Shown here: positions 1-11,149 of the stretch, one piece after another | How positions within the stretch are numbered: the stretch's first letter is position 1 | How the letters are laid out: each line of letters opens with the position of its first letter | Assembly (NCBI GenBank): GCA_003344405.1 | Contig: NOWV01000122.1 | Location: 1 to 64,000 of the forward strand | Direction: 5' to 3' | Source of the DNA: Trichoplax sp. H2 | Lineage: Eukaryota | DNA: 64,000 bases | Program-made: the position numbers and the translations under genes | The notes under the pieces: generated by a model | Told to the model about the DNA's origin: nothing | What the model saw: the letters and a program-made list of their open reading frames with translations, nothing else | Database searches by the model: none

Positions 1-522
1 TAATAATCGAATTTGGAGCGATTTATCATGCATGGAAAGAGCCACATCGCACATGTTCTGACCACAGTAGATACGCCCAAGTTGATGATAACTATCAGCA
101 AGACGAACATCATTTTCGTCTAGGCATTTTAATTTCATTTCCAATGCTTTTGTGCAGTCTTCTAGTGCTCCATTGAAATTCCATAGCCTTATTTTAATCT
201 CGCTTTGTCTATATAAACATTCAGCTATTCTCACTTCATCTTGCAGTCCATTAGCCAGAGATAGTCCTTTTTTCTTCCATTCATTAGCTTTCTTCCATTT
301 ATATTGGAAAGTGTAAATGTCACATATATCGAGATAAATATCGCACCGAAGGCGATGAATGCCGATACTAGGATTTGGTAATGATTCAATTTCATCTATA
401 GCTTGTGTATAACAGGATAGTCCTTCCGCCAAATTGTAGGCAATCTTACATTTTTGACCCTTTTCATATAGAGACCGTACATGATGAAGAACCATAGAAT
501 GATCAGATTGATCATCAGTCAT
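1..522 (-). CDS. 5' part of a TPR-repeat gene, tandem paralog of the TPR-Roco-death domain gene; truncated by the window edge and missed by the ORF track
   Basis: Minus-strand ATG at 522 opens MTDDQSDHSMVLHHVRSLYEKGQKCKIAYNLAEGLSCYTQAIDEIE...RLRCDIYLDIC...DEVRIAECL...NFNGALEDCTKALEMK...LADSYHQLGRIY, collinear with the N-terminus of ORF 8128..9333 (MADDQSTHF...RLRCDIYLDIC...DEVRIAKCL...NFNGALEDCNKSLEMK...FADNYHQLGRIC). No stop before the window edge. Confidence 0.9.
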   Translation of the reverse strand, partial: MTDDQSDHSMVLHHVRSLYEKGQKCKIAYNLAEGLSCYTQAIDEIESLPNPSIGIHRLRCDIYLDICDIYTFQYKWKKANEWKKKGLSLANGLQDEVRIAECLYRQSEIKIRLWNFNGALEDCTKALEMKLKCLDENDVRLADSYHQLGRIYCGQNMCDVALSMHDKSLQIRLL

Positions 523-1545
523 ATTTTCCTTTTCAAAATTTAATAACAGTTAGTGAATGAAAGTGTGGCGCTGATTCGATAATATCAAAATATGGAAACG
601 ATGTTAGTCCTTGATACCAACGATAAGTTAAGACAAATAAAATTCAAATTTAAGGTTTCTTGCAATGATCGATTACTTATAAGCAAATTGATGTTATGTT
701 TATGCTGTTAGTCGTATGCTTTGTTGGTACAACTCTACTTGCATACGTGTCGTTTTCAAACACAGGAATAAAACGATTACTGAGAAAATTTAATAATAAA
801 TAAACCTTCTCCTAACATTTCATCTATGAATGCTAATAAAAATATTATTCTTCAATCTATAAACGATAGTAGATTCTAGCTTAAGATATGGCGCTAGCGA
901 AGAACCGTTTACATCAATTAATATCAAATTAGGCCAAAATAGATGACTAATTTTATTTTACAAATACACTCCGACTAACACAAATACTATACCAATAGCG
1001 ATGATAAGTATTAAACCTTTATAATTTATTTAACTAGATAACAGCAAGTTAATGCTAACGCCAATAATAATTAGCAAAAAAATTGTATGTATTGTAAGAA
1101 GGCTTTCGCTCACGTTATTTGGACTGATATCTTCAGTTGAAATGCAACTTATAATGTCCTAAACATCAAAGACAGATGGATCATTTACCAATTTATGGAT
1201 TAGTTATTGGCTAATAAGGAATCGATGGTTTGTCGAGATGTAGGTCTACTGCGATCGATTTGGCTTTACGCCATCAATTCCAAAGATGGGCAAAAATGAG
1301 CAAAAGAGAATTAGAAATGAATACACCTCTACCCGACTAACTTTATCTAGCTTTAAGTAGTACTTAGCAAGTAGTACTATAAAGTACGAAAGAGCCAACG
1401 AGTTAGTAGTGTGTTTTATTGATTTAAGCCTCAAATAAAAATAATATTGTGCATGAATGTAGGTTGCTCCATGTAGTATCATAGTATTGTTGCAGCAAAA
1501 GACGATCGAAGGAAAAACATGGTTACTATAGTAACTACACCAATA
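523..1545. repeat. Upstream non-coding region duplicated with ~9334..10355
   Basis: Collinear shared blocks, e.g. gctgattcgataatatcaaaa/gctgattcaacagtatcaagc, gatgttagtccttgataccaacgataagttaa/gatgttagtttttgacaccaaggacaagttaa, caagttaatgctaa in both, ccaaagatgggcaaa/ccaaagatgagcaaa, ttactatagtaacta/ttgctatagtaacta. Confidence 0.85.
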
Positions 1546-2835
1546 ATTTAGGGTTTGTAACATATGTTAATAGAAGTAGCTTTGAAGAGGCATTTCAGAA
1601 GGTTATGGATACTCGCTTACAGTTAAGGATGACCTCGCCCAAATTATACATACGTATGCCAGTATAAAGGAAATTAGATAACTGTTTGGATTATACTACA
1701 CGCAGTACTATTTTTGTAGGTTTTCTGTACTAGATTGCTGCATGCTGCTAGCTATCCTTATGATAAATATTGACAATATGGAAAGAAATCTCTATCAGAT
1801 CATGCAGACATACAAATATGAATGTAGTCTATTTTAATATCCATAATTGATAGTATCCGATCAATTTAATCTACTGTTGCTCAAAGAACTGTTTCATGAA
1901 TTAAGTAAAGATTTTGCTAGTAAGAAATATTTTCATTTTACACTAATTCAGCAAATGCAATGACATCAACATAACATAAATGCATCATAACGCGATATTG
2001 GCCCTCGGCTGACCAATGCTAATTGTATAAAATTACATGCACTTATCATCATATCCAATCACGAAGCAAAAAATGTTTACTAAAGGCATGATTTATCCAT
2101 AGATTATTTGAATTCCCGAGTATACGCATACAGTCCAAACGAGATGATGCTCTTACGGGCAAGTAGATCAATATTTAAAAGCTCTTGTATTATCACGACG
2201 TGATTTTTGACACAAGTGTGGTATGGGATCATGTAGAAACTATGCAGTAACTGCCATTTTATAGATGTAAAATGCTACTTTAGGAATATCATTTAAAATT
2301 AAAAATGGTTGATTTATCACAGCATACCCTTGCATTCCGGAGTAGTAATTATTAGTCAGTAGTGTTCGTCATTTCTTGATACAGAAAAGTTCTGGGACTA
2401 TTATAGTTGAATTACCGTAATAAATTAATATTATGAGTGTACATTTTAAAAGTCTATTTTTACCTTTTGGCCTACTTACAGAAGCGGAAAATTATCCCAT
2501 TAGTTGCTGAGTATCTTATAACGTTAAATGAAAAGCTCTTTATGTAAAGCCAATAATAATTAAGTTAATAGCTACATTTTATTTATAATACTGTTAGCGA
2601 TAACGATAGCGTCTGATTTTTGGTATGCTCTCAGTCAACTGAAGCGTGATCGGCAGCTAAGCTTCCACGTGAATATCTACCTTTATTCTGATTTCTTACC
2701 ACCTTATATACAATACAACCGATATGAATACAATACAAGAAATCATATAATTAGATACAGAGACGCTAGTAAATCCGTAATTAATACCGATAAAATTTTG
2801 CTTAATTTAATTTCAGTTGGCAAACACTGTTCCAC

Positions 2836-2988
2836 GCTATCGCAAATCTAAATTTGCCACAGTAAAAAGTAGAACGGAAAACCAAAATTACGATTCTACT
2901 GTCAGGTTTGTCCTCCCTGACAGTAAATTTGCAGTTTTGATTTTCTGTAATAGTTCTACCTTTTTCGTTACTAATTTAGATTCGTAGC
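2836..2988. repeat. Imperfect inverted repeat / long hairpin (~65-70-bp arms, ~9-nt loop)
   Basis: The left arm aatctaaattt...aaaaagtagaac...gaaaaccaaaattacgattctactgtcagg pairs with the right arm cctgacagtaaatttgcagttttgattttc...gttctacctttt...aatttagatt. Confidence 0.7.
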
Positions 2989-4367
2989 ACCTTTTTGTAG
3001 CGTGCAAATTTTTGACGATCAGTATAGTTTCAGATGCGCTTGATTTCTAGCAAATTAATATGTGAGTTGCCAATAAAGTTAAAAAAACTCACTAATTAAT
3101 AAATCACTATTGGTCAACTTGCATATTATAGTACAAATATCAGTGAAGAGATACTTCTATACTTCTGCGTGCATAAGATTGAAAGTCAAATCTTTGCTGT
3201 GGAAATAATGATAAGATCAAAATTACCTAAATGATACTAGAACAGTATCTAACGTGCAGTAAATGTACTGCCGTATTTGAACGATCTGCTGAAATATCGG
3301 TTTGGTAGATAATGTTTTCATCATTTTTAGCAAGATTGCAGGCTACTTGATACTCACATTGTCAAAGCATAATTTAAGATTTCAAATATTTAAGCTATTT
3401 TTCTTAGTGAATAATTTTCTAAAGTTTCATACTTTTAAATTCTATTTTGCGTGAAATAATGGCTGTTAAATGATGACTTAGTGATATAGGGGCAAAATAA
3501 ATTCGAATATGGTAGCAAGCTGACTGAGTAATTGCGATAGCTTCTGCCTCACGTGGTTATTGACAGGTATCCTAGGTTAGGTTGTTTGTGATAATTTATT
3601 AAAAAATATACCATTGCAATGGATCAACTCTATTAACAGCTATGATTTTGCTATAGCTACAACTAATTTTTGTTTATCTGCATATTGAATAATGATTTAA
3701 TCTTTTCTTTATTAAATTCATACATGGCTACACTACTATGTAGTTATAGAAAATCATAATTCTTAGTTTGTTGTTTTAAGTTTAATACATTACTCAACTT
3801 TTTTGCAATTAAAGTTACATTATCGGCAGCTATAGAGAGCGAATAATAAATTGTTGCTGTTCGTTATATTTATTATTGTATAGCAATTGATCCACTATAG
3901 AGCCTCTTACAACGTTAAATTACACAACGGAGGACTTAAGATGTAACAGAAAAAAACTACTTGAGTCAGCAGTAAAAGCTAGAGGGATAATCATTCACAA
4001 TGAAACGAAAATACCTACTACACTAAACTAGTGCAAAACTAGATTAAAGTAAAACGTTTTAAATAAAAAATATAAACATAAGTATTACTAGATTTTGAAT
4101 ATCTTGATAAAAGTTTATTTACTACTATCACGACCGAGGTTATGAAGCATAGAGATTATATAAAATTGGAATACTGTACGTTCGTTGATCCAGTATAACT
4201 ACCGTACCTCATAAATTAACATTAACTAGAATTGCTCTTGAAATATTAGCCACTATGCTGATATATATCTTAAGAATTACGATTTGTGTAGTTCAAATCT
4301 CAAAGAAGAAATTTATAAAATTAACCATAACATGACCACTAGCAGCTATGATATTTATCTCTCCTAT

Positions 4368-7300
4368 TCATTCGGTCAATTTTTGTTCGACTTCTTCAGC
4401 TAAAGCATTTATTTCCATCTTACGTAAAGCTTCAACCACTGCAGAGATTTTAGGACTCATCCCAGCTTTATCTTTCCACGATTTTAACACATTGTATACT
4501 TTATCGTAACGTCTTCCATTCTGACTTGATATAATTTCCTTAACCTTTATGTCCGTTAACTTTAATAACACTCCAAAACGAAGTAAACAGTCTCCATCAA
4601 GTTTTGCTGCAATTAAATCGAAGCATTCTCTCTCTATTTTTATGTAAAAGCAAAGGAAATATTCATGAAAAAATTGGCAATATTAGCCTCGTTTCAAGTC
4701 ATCAGTAATGTATCTGGTCTAGAGCACAGGTCTAAGAATGGTATTAAGCAATTTTCCTTCACAATAACTATAAATTTAATCGGATTATTTTAACACGCAA
4801 TCCACTGTTAATATTAAATGCTATTATTGATTCTCAGTCATCATATTTTACTGATTTTAATTTCATAATAGTTATGAATACTTATTAAAGCTTACTGGAC
4901 GAGCTCTTTTAAAATTAAATTAAATCGGAATAGTAATTCATCAATGACTGTTTACTATATTGAGTGATTTTGGTAGTTAATATACCATATTGTAATTACA
5001 ATCCCAAAATGTTCATTTTGCAATATCATAAGCTAGCAAAATTTTATGCGATCGCATAATCAGCGACAAAATCGACAAAACCATTATATCTATTTAAGGC
5101 AGGATCTGTTGTATTATTTGCTCTCATTCGTACTTATATCAATCTATAAATTAATTGCTATATGCATTTTTGAAATGACTGATAGATATCAATTCAGTGG
5201 AGGCTCACCTTTTTCTTCTCTATATATCTTTTTCTCTAAAGAAATGAGGTGAAAATAGGAATAATCAATTAGTAACCCTATCGTAATTATTTTAAAATAG
5301 ATGATAGATTTGCAGCCATGCAAGTGAAATATATGACATGTTTCTCTAAAGAGTTTACGAAGATAGTTTTCTCCCTTTATCCTTTTAGGTGTTTTTATAC
5401 GCAGGGAATGCTATCTATATTAATTTCTATACGCTGCATAAGACGATGAAACTAATTGGCTATTAAACAGTTCAATATTAATGACTTATCGTGTACTAAC
5501 GTTAAAAAGCAAAATACTATAGGAAGCAGCGATAAATAAAATCCAGCCGTTTCTATTTACTACACAAATGAAATGCAGTAGATGAAGTATTCATTTGAAA
5601 TATTGCAATCCATAATACATTTTCAGTAACAAAAATATACAAAATCAGAAAATATTATTGCAGCTAATTAATTGTTGAATATTATGCCAAGGTAGAGTAA
5701 TATGCAAATTTACCTAAAAGATAGCATGCATTCTCGTCTCGTTAACTGTTTTAGCAAATCATTCTGCTTTATTATATCAATGCTTTTACTATACGGTATT
5801 CTAAGATGAGATTTAGATAATGGTTGAATAGAATAGAAACTCCAATCATAATTATTGAAAATTTAGCTTAAAGAATACTAATGCAGAAATTTTGTCAAAA
5901 CACACTATTTTGACAGAAATAATGATTGCAACAACAATCAAGCCAAGAATTGCTTTCACATCCTTACCGTTCCATAGCTCTTCCTTATAAATTATCCAAT
6001 CGTTCAGAGATTGACTAGAAAGTACGTTTTTACAATGTTGGCATCGAATCAAATTTTCATCTTCTTTTTTGTATTCTTTGACTATGGGTATCTGTTCACT
6101 ACATTTACTACATTTGACGTAAAATCGACAATGCTCTTCCTGAAACTTCATCATCCTCATTTTCATAATGGCAATTAGTTTATTCTTTACAATATTATGC
6201 GTCCGTTCCACAAATATAGAATTTTTGACTTTGTCGATAACAGAATTATAAATCGCAGGCGGATCGCTTTTCTGATAGCAATACTGCAAACCAATGTGAG
6301 ATTTCTCTTTCTTAACTATAAGATAATAATTATCATTTACTAGATAATACTTGGCACATTGATAATATACTTCTACGTCCGTATTATTCCATTCCCTTAA
6401 ACAAGATGATAACAGACAATAATATATTCCATCTGGAAGATAAGGAATATCTTCCTGCTTGTAGCCAATATAAAGCCAATCTGATACATGATATGTCGAT
6501 AAATCAAATGGCGCAACATCTTGTTGCAATAGATATGGAACAAAATATTGAGATCCTGTTCCATTCTCATCCAGTTCACTTCTGATTGTGCATAGAATAT
6601 CATAAGCTTCCATTAGTTCCAATATAGTTCTCGTATTATTTTCATCTAAATCAAATTTAAGAATAGCTTCATCGATGTATCTTCTTGACAGCCTTCCTGT
6701 TAGACAGGCTATATCGTATTCCTGTTTCATTGGTATGTCTTCCTGCGTAAAATTATTCACTTGTATTGGAATGATTGAACGAAATATATTTAATAACCAA
6801 TCGACGTTTGTTATAATAATTGCTTCGCTGCGCACATTATCACAGTATATTACTTCTCCTAAATCATGTAGATACTTAAGCATTGCTATCATTTTTTCAC
6901 GGCTTTCAAATAATCCGTACTCCTGAGCTAAGGTTTCCATTTGCTTCATTGTCATAATATTACGCACCTGAGAATTTCTAATTTCATTATTATCAGAAGA
7001 TGTGGCTTCATTATGAATAGATTTTTTTAATAGTGCAGCCATAATATACCATCGAATAGGAATAGGATTAGACATAAACGGCAATTGTCGTATAAACGTC
7101 TTAATAATAGAAAGTAAACGATGACAACATTGTTGACGCTGAACTTTTGTAGATTCACTAGTATGATCAGGATTACAATTGAAAATAATGCCAGAAGAAT
7201 AGATATTTCTGGCATAAGCGGGCATAGATGACATCAATCCAGATACAAATTTATTAAATCGAGAAGTTTGCTTTTTGTTATCTGTAATACAATCGCCATG

Positions 7301-9333
7301 AGAAGCTACCATAATAATAATAGGCAATTGATATGATTTATCTTTATCATTGATCTTTACAGTAATTGTACTTTGGCTTCTGTAGCAACCTATGATTGAT
7401 TTAAGCCATTCTTGCATAGCCTGTAAATAAGTCATATTGCCAGTGGATAATTCACCCTTTCTTATCTTTACTTTGTTATTAAGTTCTTGAGTGATATCAA
7501 ATACAAGAATATAAATGCTATTAGCTGAGATGAATGGATAATGAGTAACATGATAGATCGGATGACCACCGAAATCCCATAGCTTGACAAATTGATTATT
7601 ATGACGTTCATCAGCCATTTGGTCGAAATTGGACGACAAGTAATATTTACGTAAGCTAAGCTTAGATTCCGATTCGATTTCAGTTTCTTTTGATGGAATC
7701 TCTACTTCTTGCAAATTACTTCTGACTAGAACAAATGGTGTATTGCCTCCTGGTGGATTTGTCTCTGATAAATTATCTGTGGTAGCGAATTGACCTATTT
7801 GCTGATTGAATTTATCTTGATTATCCATGCTTGTTTCGGCTAATTGTTTTATGGCTGCCTTCACTTTATCATCTAATATCTTAGTCCAATCACGATTCTC
7901 TAAATAATTAAGACGATAATCTTCAGTATTTACCAAAATACCAGTATTCTCAACCACCTGCGTAGGAGATGCATTTCCGATCAAATTTTGTTGAGAAAAA
8001 ACTTTCCTAATAGATGATTTACCAACACCGCGAGGGCCAATAAATATACCGCGTATCAAATTATTATGTCCATCACATAGATTTAATACTTTGATATATG
8101 CATTGTAATATTTCATTTCTTGTGAATCTATATGATACAAAATGGAAAATATTTGTCATGATGTAAGCAGTATTTATCAGGGTCTTGTATATTACCGTTT
8201 TGAAATTTAATTGTAGATTTACCTTTGACTTGATAGCTAATATCACAACTAGGATCACTGATTGCATTATCACTGTTTGCTGGCTTTGAATCGTTGCTGG
8301 TTTGATCTCGTTTAAATAGCTTAACTACGCCATGAAAAATGCTTTTTACCGCTGACGTAGGTAACGAAAACATCGTAGCTCTTCTTATATTATTTCTCGT
8401 CAATCTAACTTCTGGATGACCTTCGCCGTAGATTGGTAGTGCAATATTGAGTGACTTATCGAACATCTCCAGAGCCTTGTTATATTCGCCTTGTTGATGA
8501 TAGGTAAATCCAATATTGTTGTACAACTGGGCAACGTCGGGATGATTGTCACCAAGAACTGACAGTCGAATTTTCAGGGATTTATCATACGCAGAATGAG
8601 CCTCGTCATATTTGCCTTGATAACAATATATAAGACCAATGCTGTTATATGTGTTAGCAATATCGGGATGATTTCCATTAAGAACTGACAATTGAATTTT
8701 CAGTGACTTGTCAAACATAGAAAGAGCATCATCATTTTTAAGCTGATAGGAGTAGACAACGGCTATGCTGTAATATATGCGTGCGACATCAGAGTGATTC
8801 GGACCAAGGACTAACAATCGAATTTCAAGTGATTTGTCTAACATTTCAAGAGCCTTTTTATAATTTTGCTGGTCAATACAGATGCGCCCAAGTTGATGAT
8901 AATTATCAGCAAAACATACATCGCCTTCTTTTAAGTATTTTGTTTTCATTTCCAACGATTTGTTACAGTCTTCTAGTGCTCCATTGAAATTTAGTTGCAT
9001 TCTTTTAATCTCACACTGCATGTCTAAACATTTAGCTATTCTCACTTCGTCTTGAAGCTTATCAGCCAGATGTTGCCCCTTTTCTTTCCATTTATTAGCT
9101 TCCGTCCATTCATATCGTAAGGTATGAATGAGACAAATATCAAGATAAATGTCGCATCGAAGTCGTTTAATAACGATATGAGGGTTAGATAGCATTTGAA
9201 TCTCTTCTAGAGCTTGTGTATAGCAAGACAATTCCTCCACAAAATTGCAAGCAGTCTTGCATTCCTTGCCCTTTTTGTACAACGTTTGTATATTAGGAGG
9301 TATCACAAAATGAGTAGACTGATCATCAGCCAT
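4368..9333 (-). CDS. TPR-Roc(GTPase)-COR-CxxC/CxxC-death domain protein (kinase-less Roco), ~1187 aa; inferred exons 8223..9333, 5968..8127, 5209..5235, 4368..4633
   Basis: Three ORF-track ORFs join in frame through phase-1 GT-AG introns: AAAG|gtaaat...catatag|ATTCAC (95 nt, 8128..8222), AACG|gtaagg, a 27-nt micro-exon (ctttag|AGAAAAAG...AAAAAG|gtgagc) and aaatag|AGAGAGAATGC. The total is 3564 nt. Motifs: 42-aa TPRs (DKSLKIRLSVLGDNHPDVA); Roc G1 GPRGVGKSS, G3 LWDFGGH, G4-like ASHGD; COR motifs LKYLHDLGEVIY, IITNVDWL and YFVPYLL; CSKC...CQHC; last exon ECFDLIAAKLDGDCLLRFGVLLKLTDIKVKEI...VYNVLKSWKDKAG...ISAVVEALRKMEINALAEEV fits a death domain pattern. Confidence 0.85.
8390..8900 (-). repeat. 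126-bp (42-codon) coding tandem repeat of TPR units, ~4 copies
   Basis: The DKSL motif recurs at ~8453, 8579, 8705 and 8831 (126-nt spacing), with visible nucleotide similarity (e.g. ccaagaactgacagtcgaattttcagg / ttaagaactgacaattgaattttcagt). Confidence 0.85.
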
Positions 9334-11149
9334 CTTTCCTTTACCAATTTCGATTAATGGAAATGTTATGCTGATTCAACAGTATCAAGCATCAAAATGA
9401 TGTTAGTTTTTGACACCAAGGACAAGTTAAAATAAACAAAAAAATTTCAAGCTAAGTTATGTGATAGCGATCGATTGCTTATTCGCGGATTGATATTAAG
9501 TCTTTACGCGATGATTCAATTATGCCGGTATAATTCTTTCTACTAATTACTTTCAAATATAGAAGTTAAAAAATTTTTAATTATCAGAAATTATCAGCAA
9601 CGTACATTCCTTATTGCATCACCTAAGAATCTAATTGAAAGAATACTCTACAACCAAGTAGTGATCGTAGATGATAGCTTAAGAATACAACACTATTGGA
9701 GAATTATTTTAACCAAAATTCATCCACTTAGTAGATAAAATTAATTTAACAAAACACGATTTAAACGAGCAGCATGCCCATAGTAAGAATCAAATTATAA
9801 TTTTTCTATTCTGATAGACAACCACAAGTTAATGCTAATTACATAGACGATTGTTCATGATGAGACAGTAGGTAGCGTTAGTTGGCTTTGGTTCACATCG
9901 TTTGGATGTCTATAAAGGACGTTTTCAAATATAAATGCTAATATAATATGATAGATGTCGAAATAGACGGGCTATTTATCGATTCTTGTTTAAAATCGGC
10001 TACTGGTCACTCAACTTGTTAAGATATAGGTTTAATTCTATCAATTTGACTTCACGCCACTTATTCCAAAGATGAGCAAAGTAATCAAATAAATTGAAGA
10101 TGTCACAAACCTCTATTCGACAAATCCTTTCTACCTGTAGAAAACTGTATAGTGTATAGCCGCTGATCACTGATCTGCGCCTTCAAATACTATTATTTTA
10201 CTGATGCATATCAGCGAGTACAAACTGCTAACTCACTAGCTGTGTTGTACTTACTGTTAGTGCTACTTGCAAAGTACTGCATGAGGAAGAACATTCTTTC
10301 GGTACAGCAGCAAGGAGTGGCCTACCGCCTACGGGGAAAATGTTGCTATAGTAACTAAAATGATTGTTAAAGCGTCAGCATATATACTTGCTAATTTGAA
10401 AATGGCAATCTTTAATTTTGCTACTAGCCACATCGGATATTCCTTAATTGCTGATTTGGAAAATGTAACATCTGAACAGCTATCTGAAATGCGATATCTG
10501 CGGGTAGCAAGGAGTTAGCTCCAGCTATAGTTTGCTTAATTTTACAGTACGAACATAATATTTAATTAAGTAGCTTAGAATGTTGAAGATAAAAGATAAA
10601 AATGACTTAAGTTTAAACATCGCGGCTAACGAAAGCAAAATATGAAACGAATAAATAAACCTATTCAGCATACCTTATACTTAGAAGATAATTGTAATTA
10701 ATGATATATTTTATAAATAAACTATGATAGTTATAAACTTTGAAGTTTTCCTTCCGTATTATTCCAAAATACTGGCAATCTTTCTTGTTAGGAGATTTTG
10801 ATTTTAGCAGTTCTACTCTAATTAAACCATGAAACTACTTTACCTGCTTGATTATTAAGTTCCATTATTTAAATAGTACTACATAGACTTGTAGCTATCA
10901 ATACAAGTATCTTTAGCGAAACCTCTAAAAATATAAGCAATCTGAGTAAATCAAACCAGAGTTAAGGCACTAAAATTGCTAACAAAGTTCTTTAGTGCTT
11001 GCACTATAGGTCCCTATACTAAGATATGATTTCCTAACTCTTCTATATATTACGAACTACTAAATTACACAGATCTAAATTCAATACTTTTACATCATTT
11101 TAAAATATTTTTTATCGAATTTCAAGATATCTGATGTATTTCTTCTTAG

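Noticed and set aside
1246-1563. 105-aa hydrophobic ORF upstream of the left TPR gene
   Set aside because: It lies in the duplicated upstream region, the ORF track shows no matching ORF in the second copy, and the composition is typical of AT-rich non-coding DNA.
5714-5800. Extra exon candidate in intron 2 of the Roco gene (TTTTAG|gtaaat donor-like site)
   Set aside because: Every nearby acceptor gives a stop in the required phase-1 frame.
8128-8140. Overlap of the TPR ORF and Roc-COR ORF suggesting a programmed frameshift or translational coupling
   Set aside because: A canonical 95-nt GT-AG intron (8128..8222) joins them in frame, and the TTG start of the second ORF lies inside that intron.
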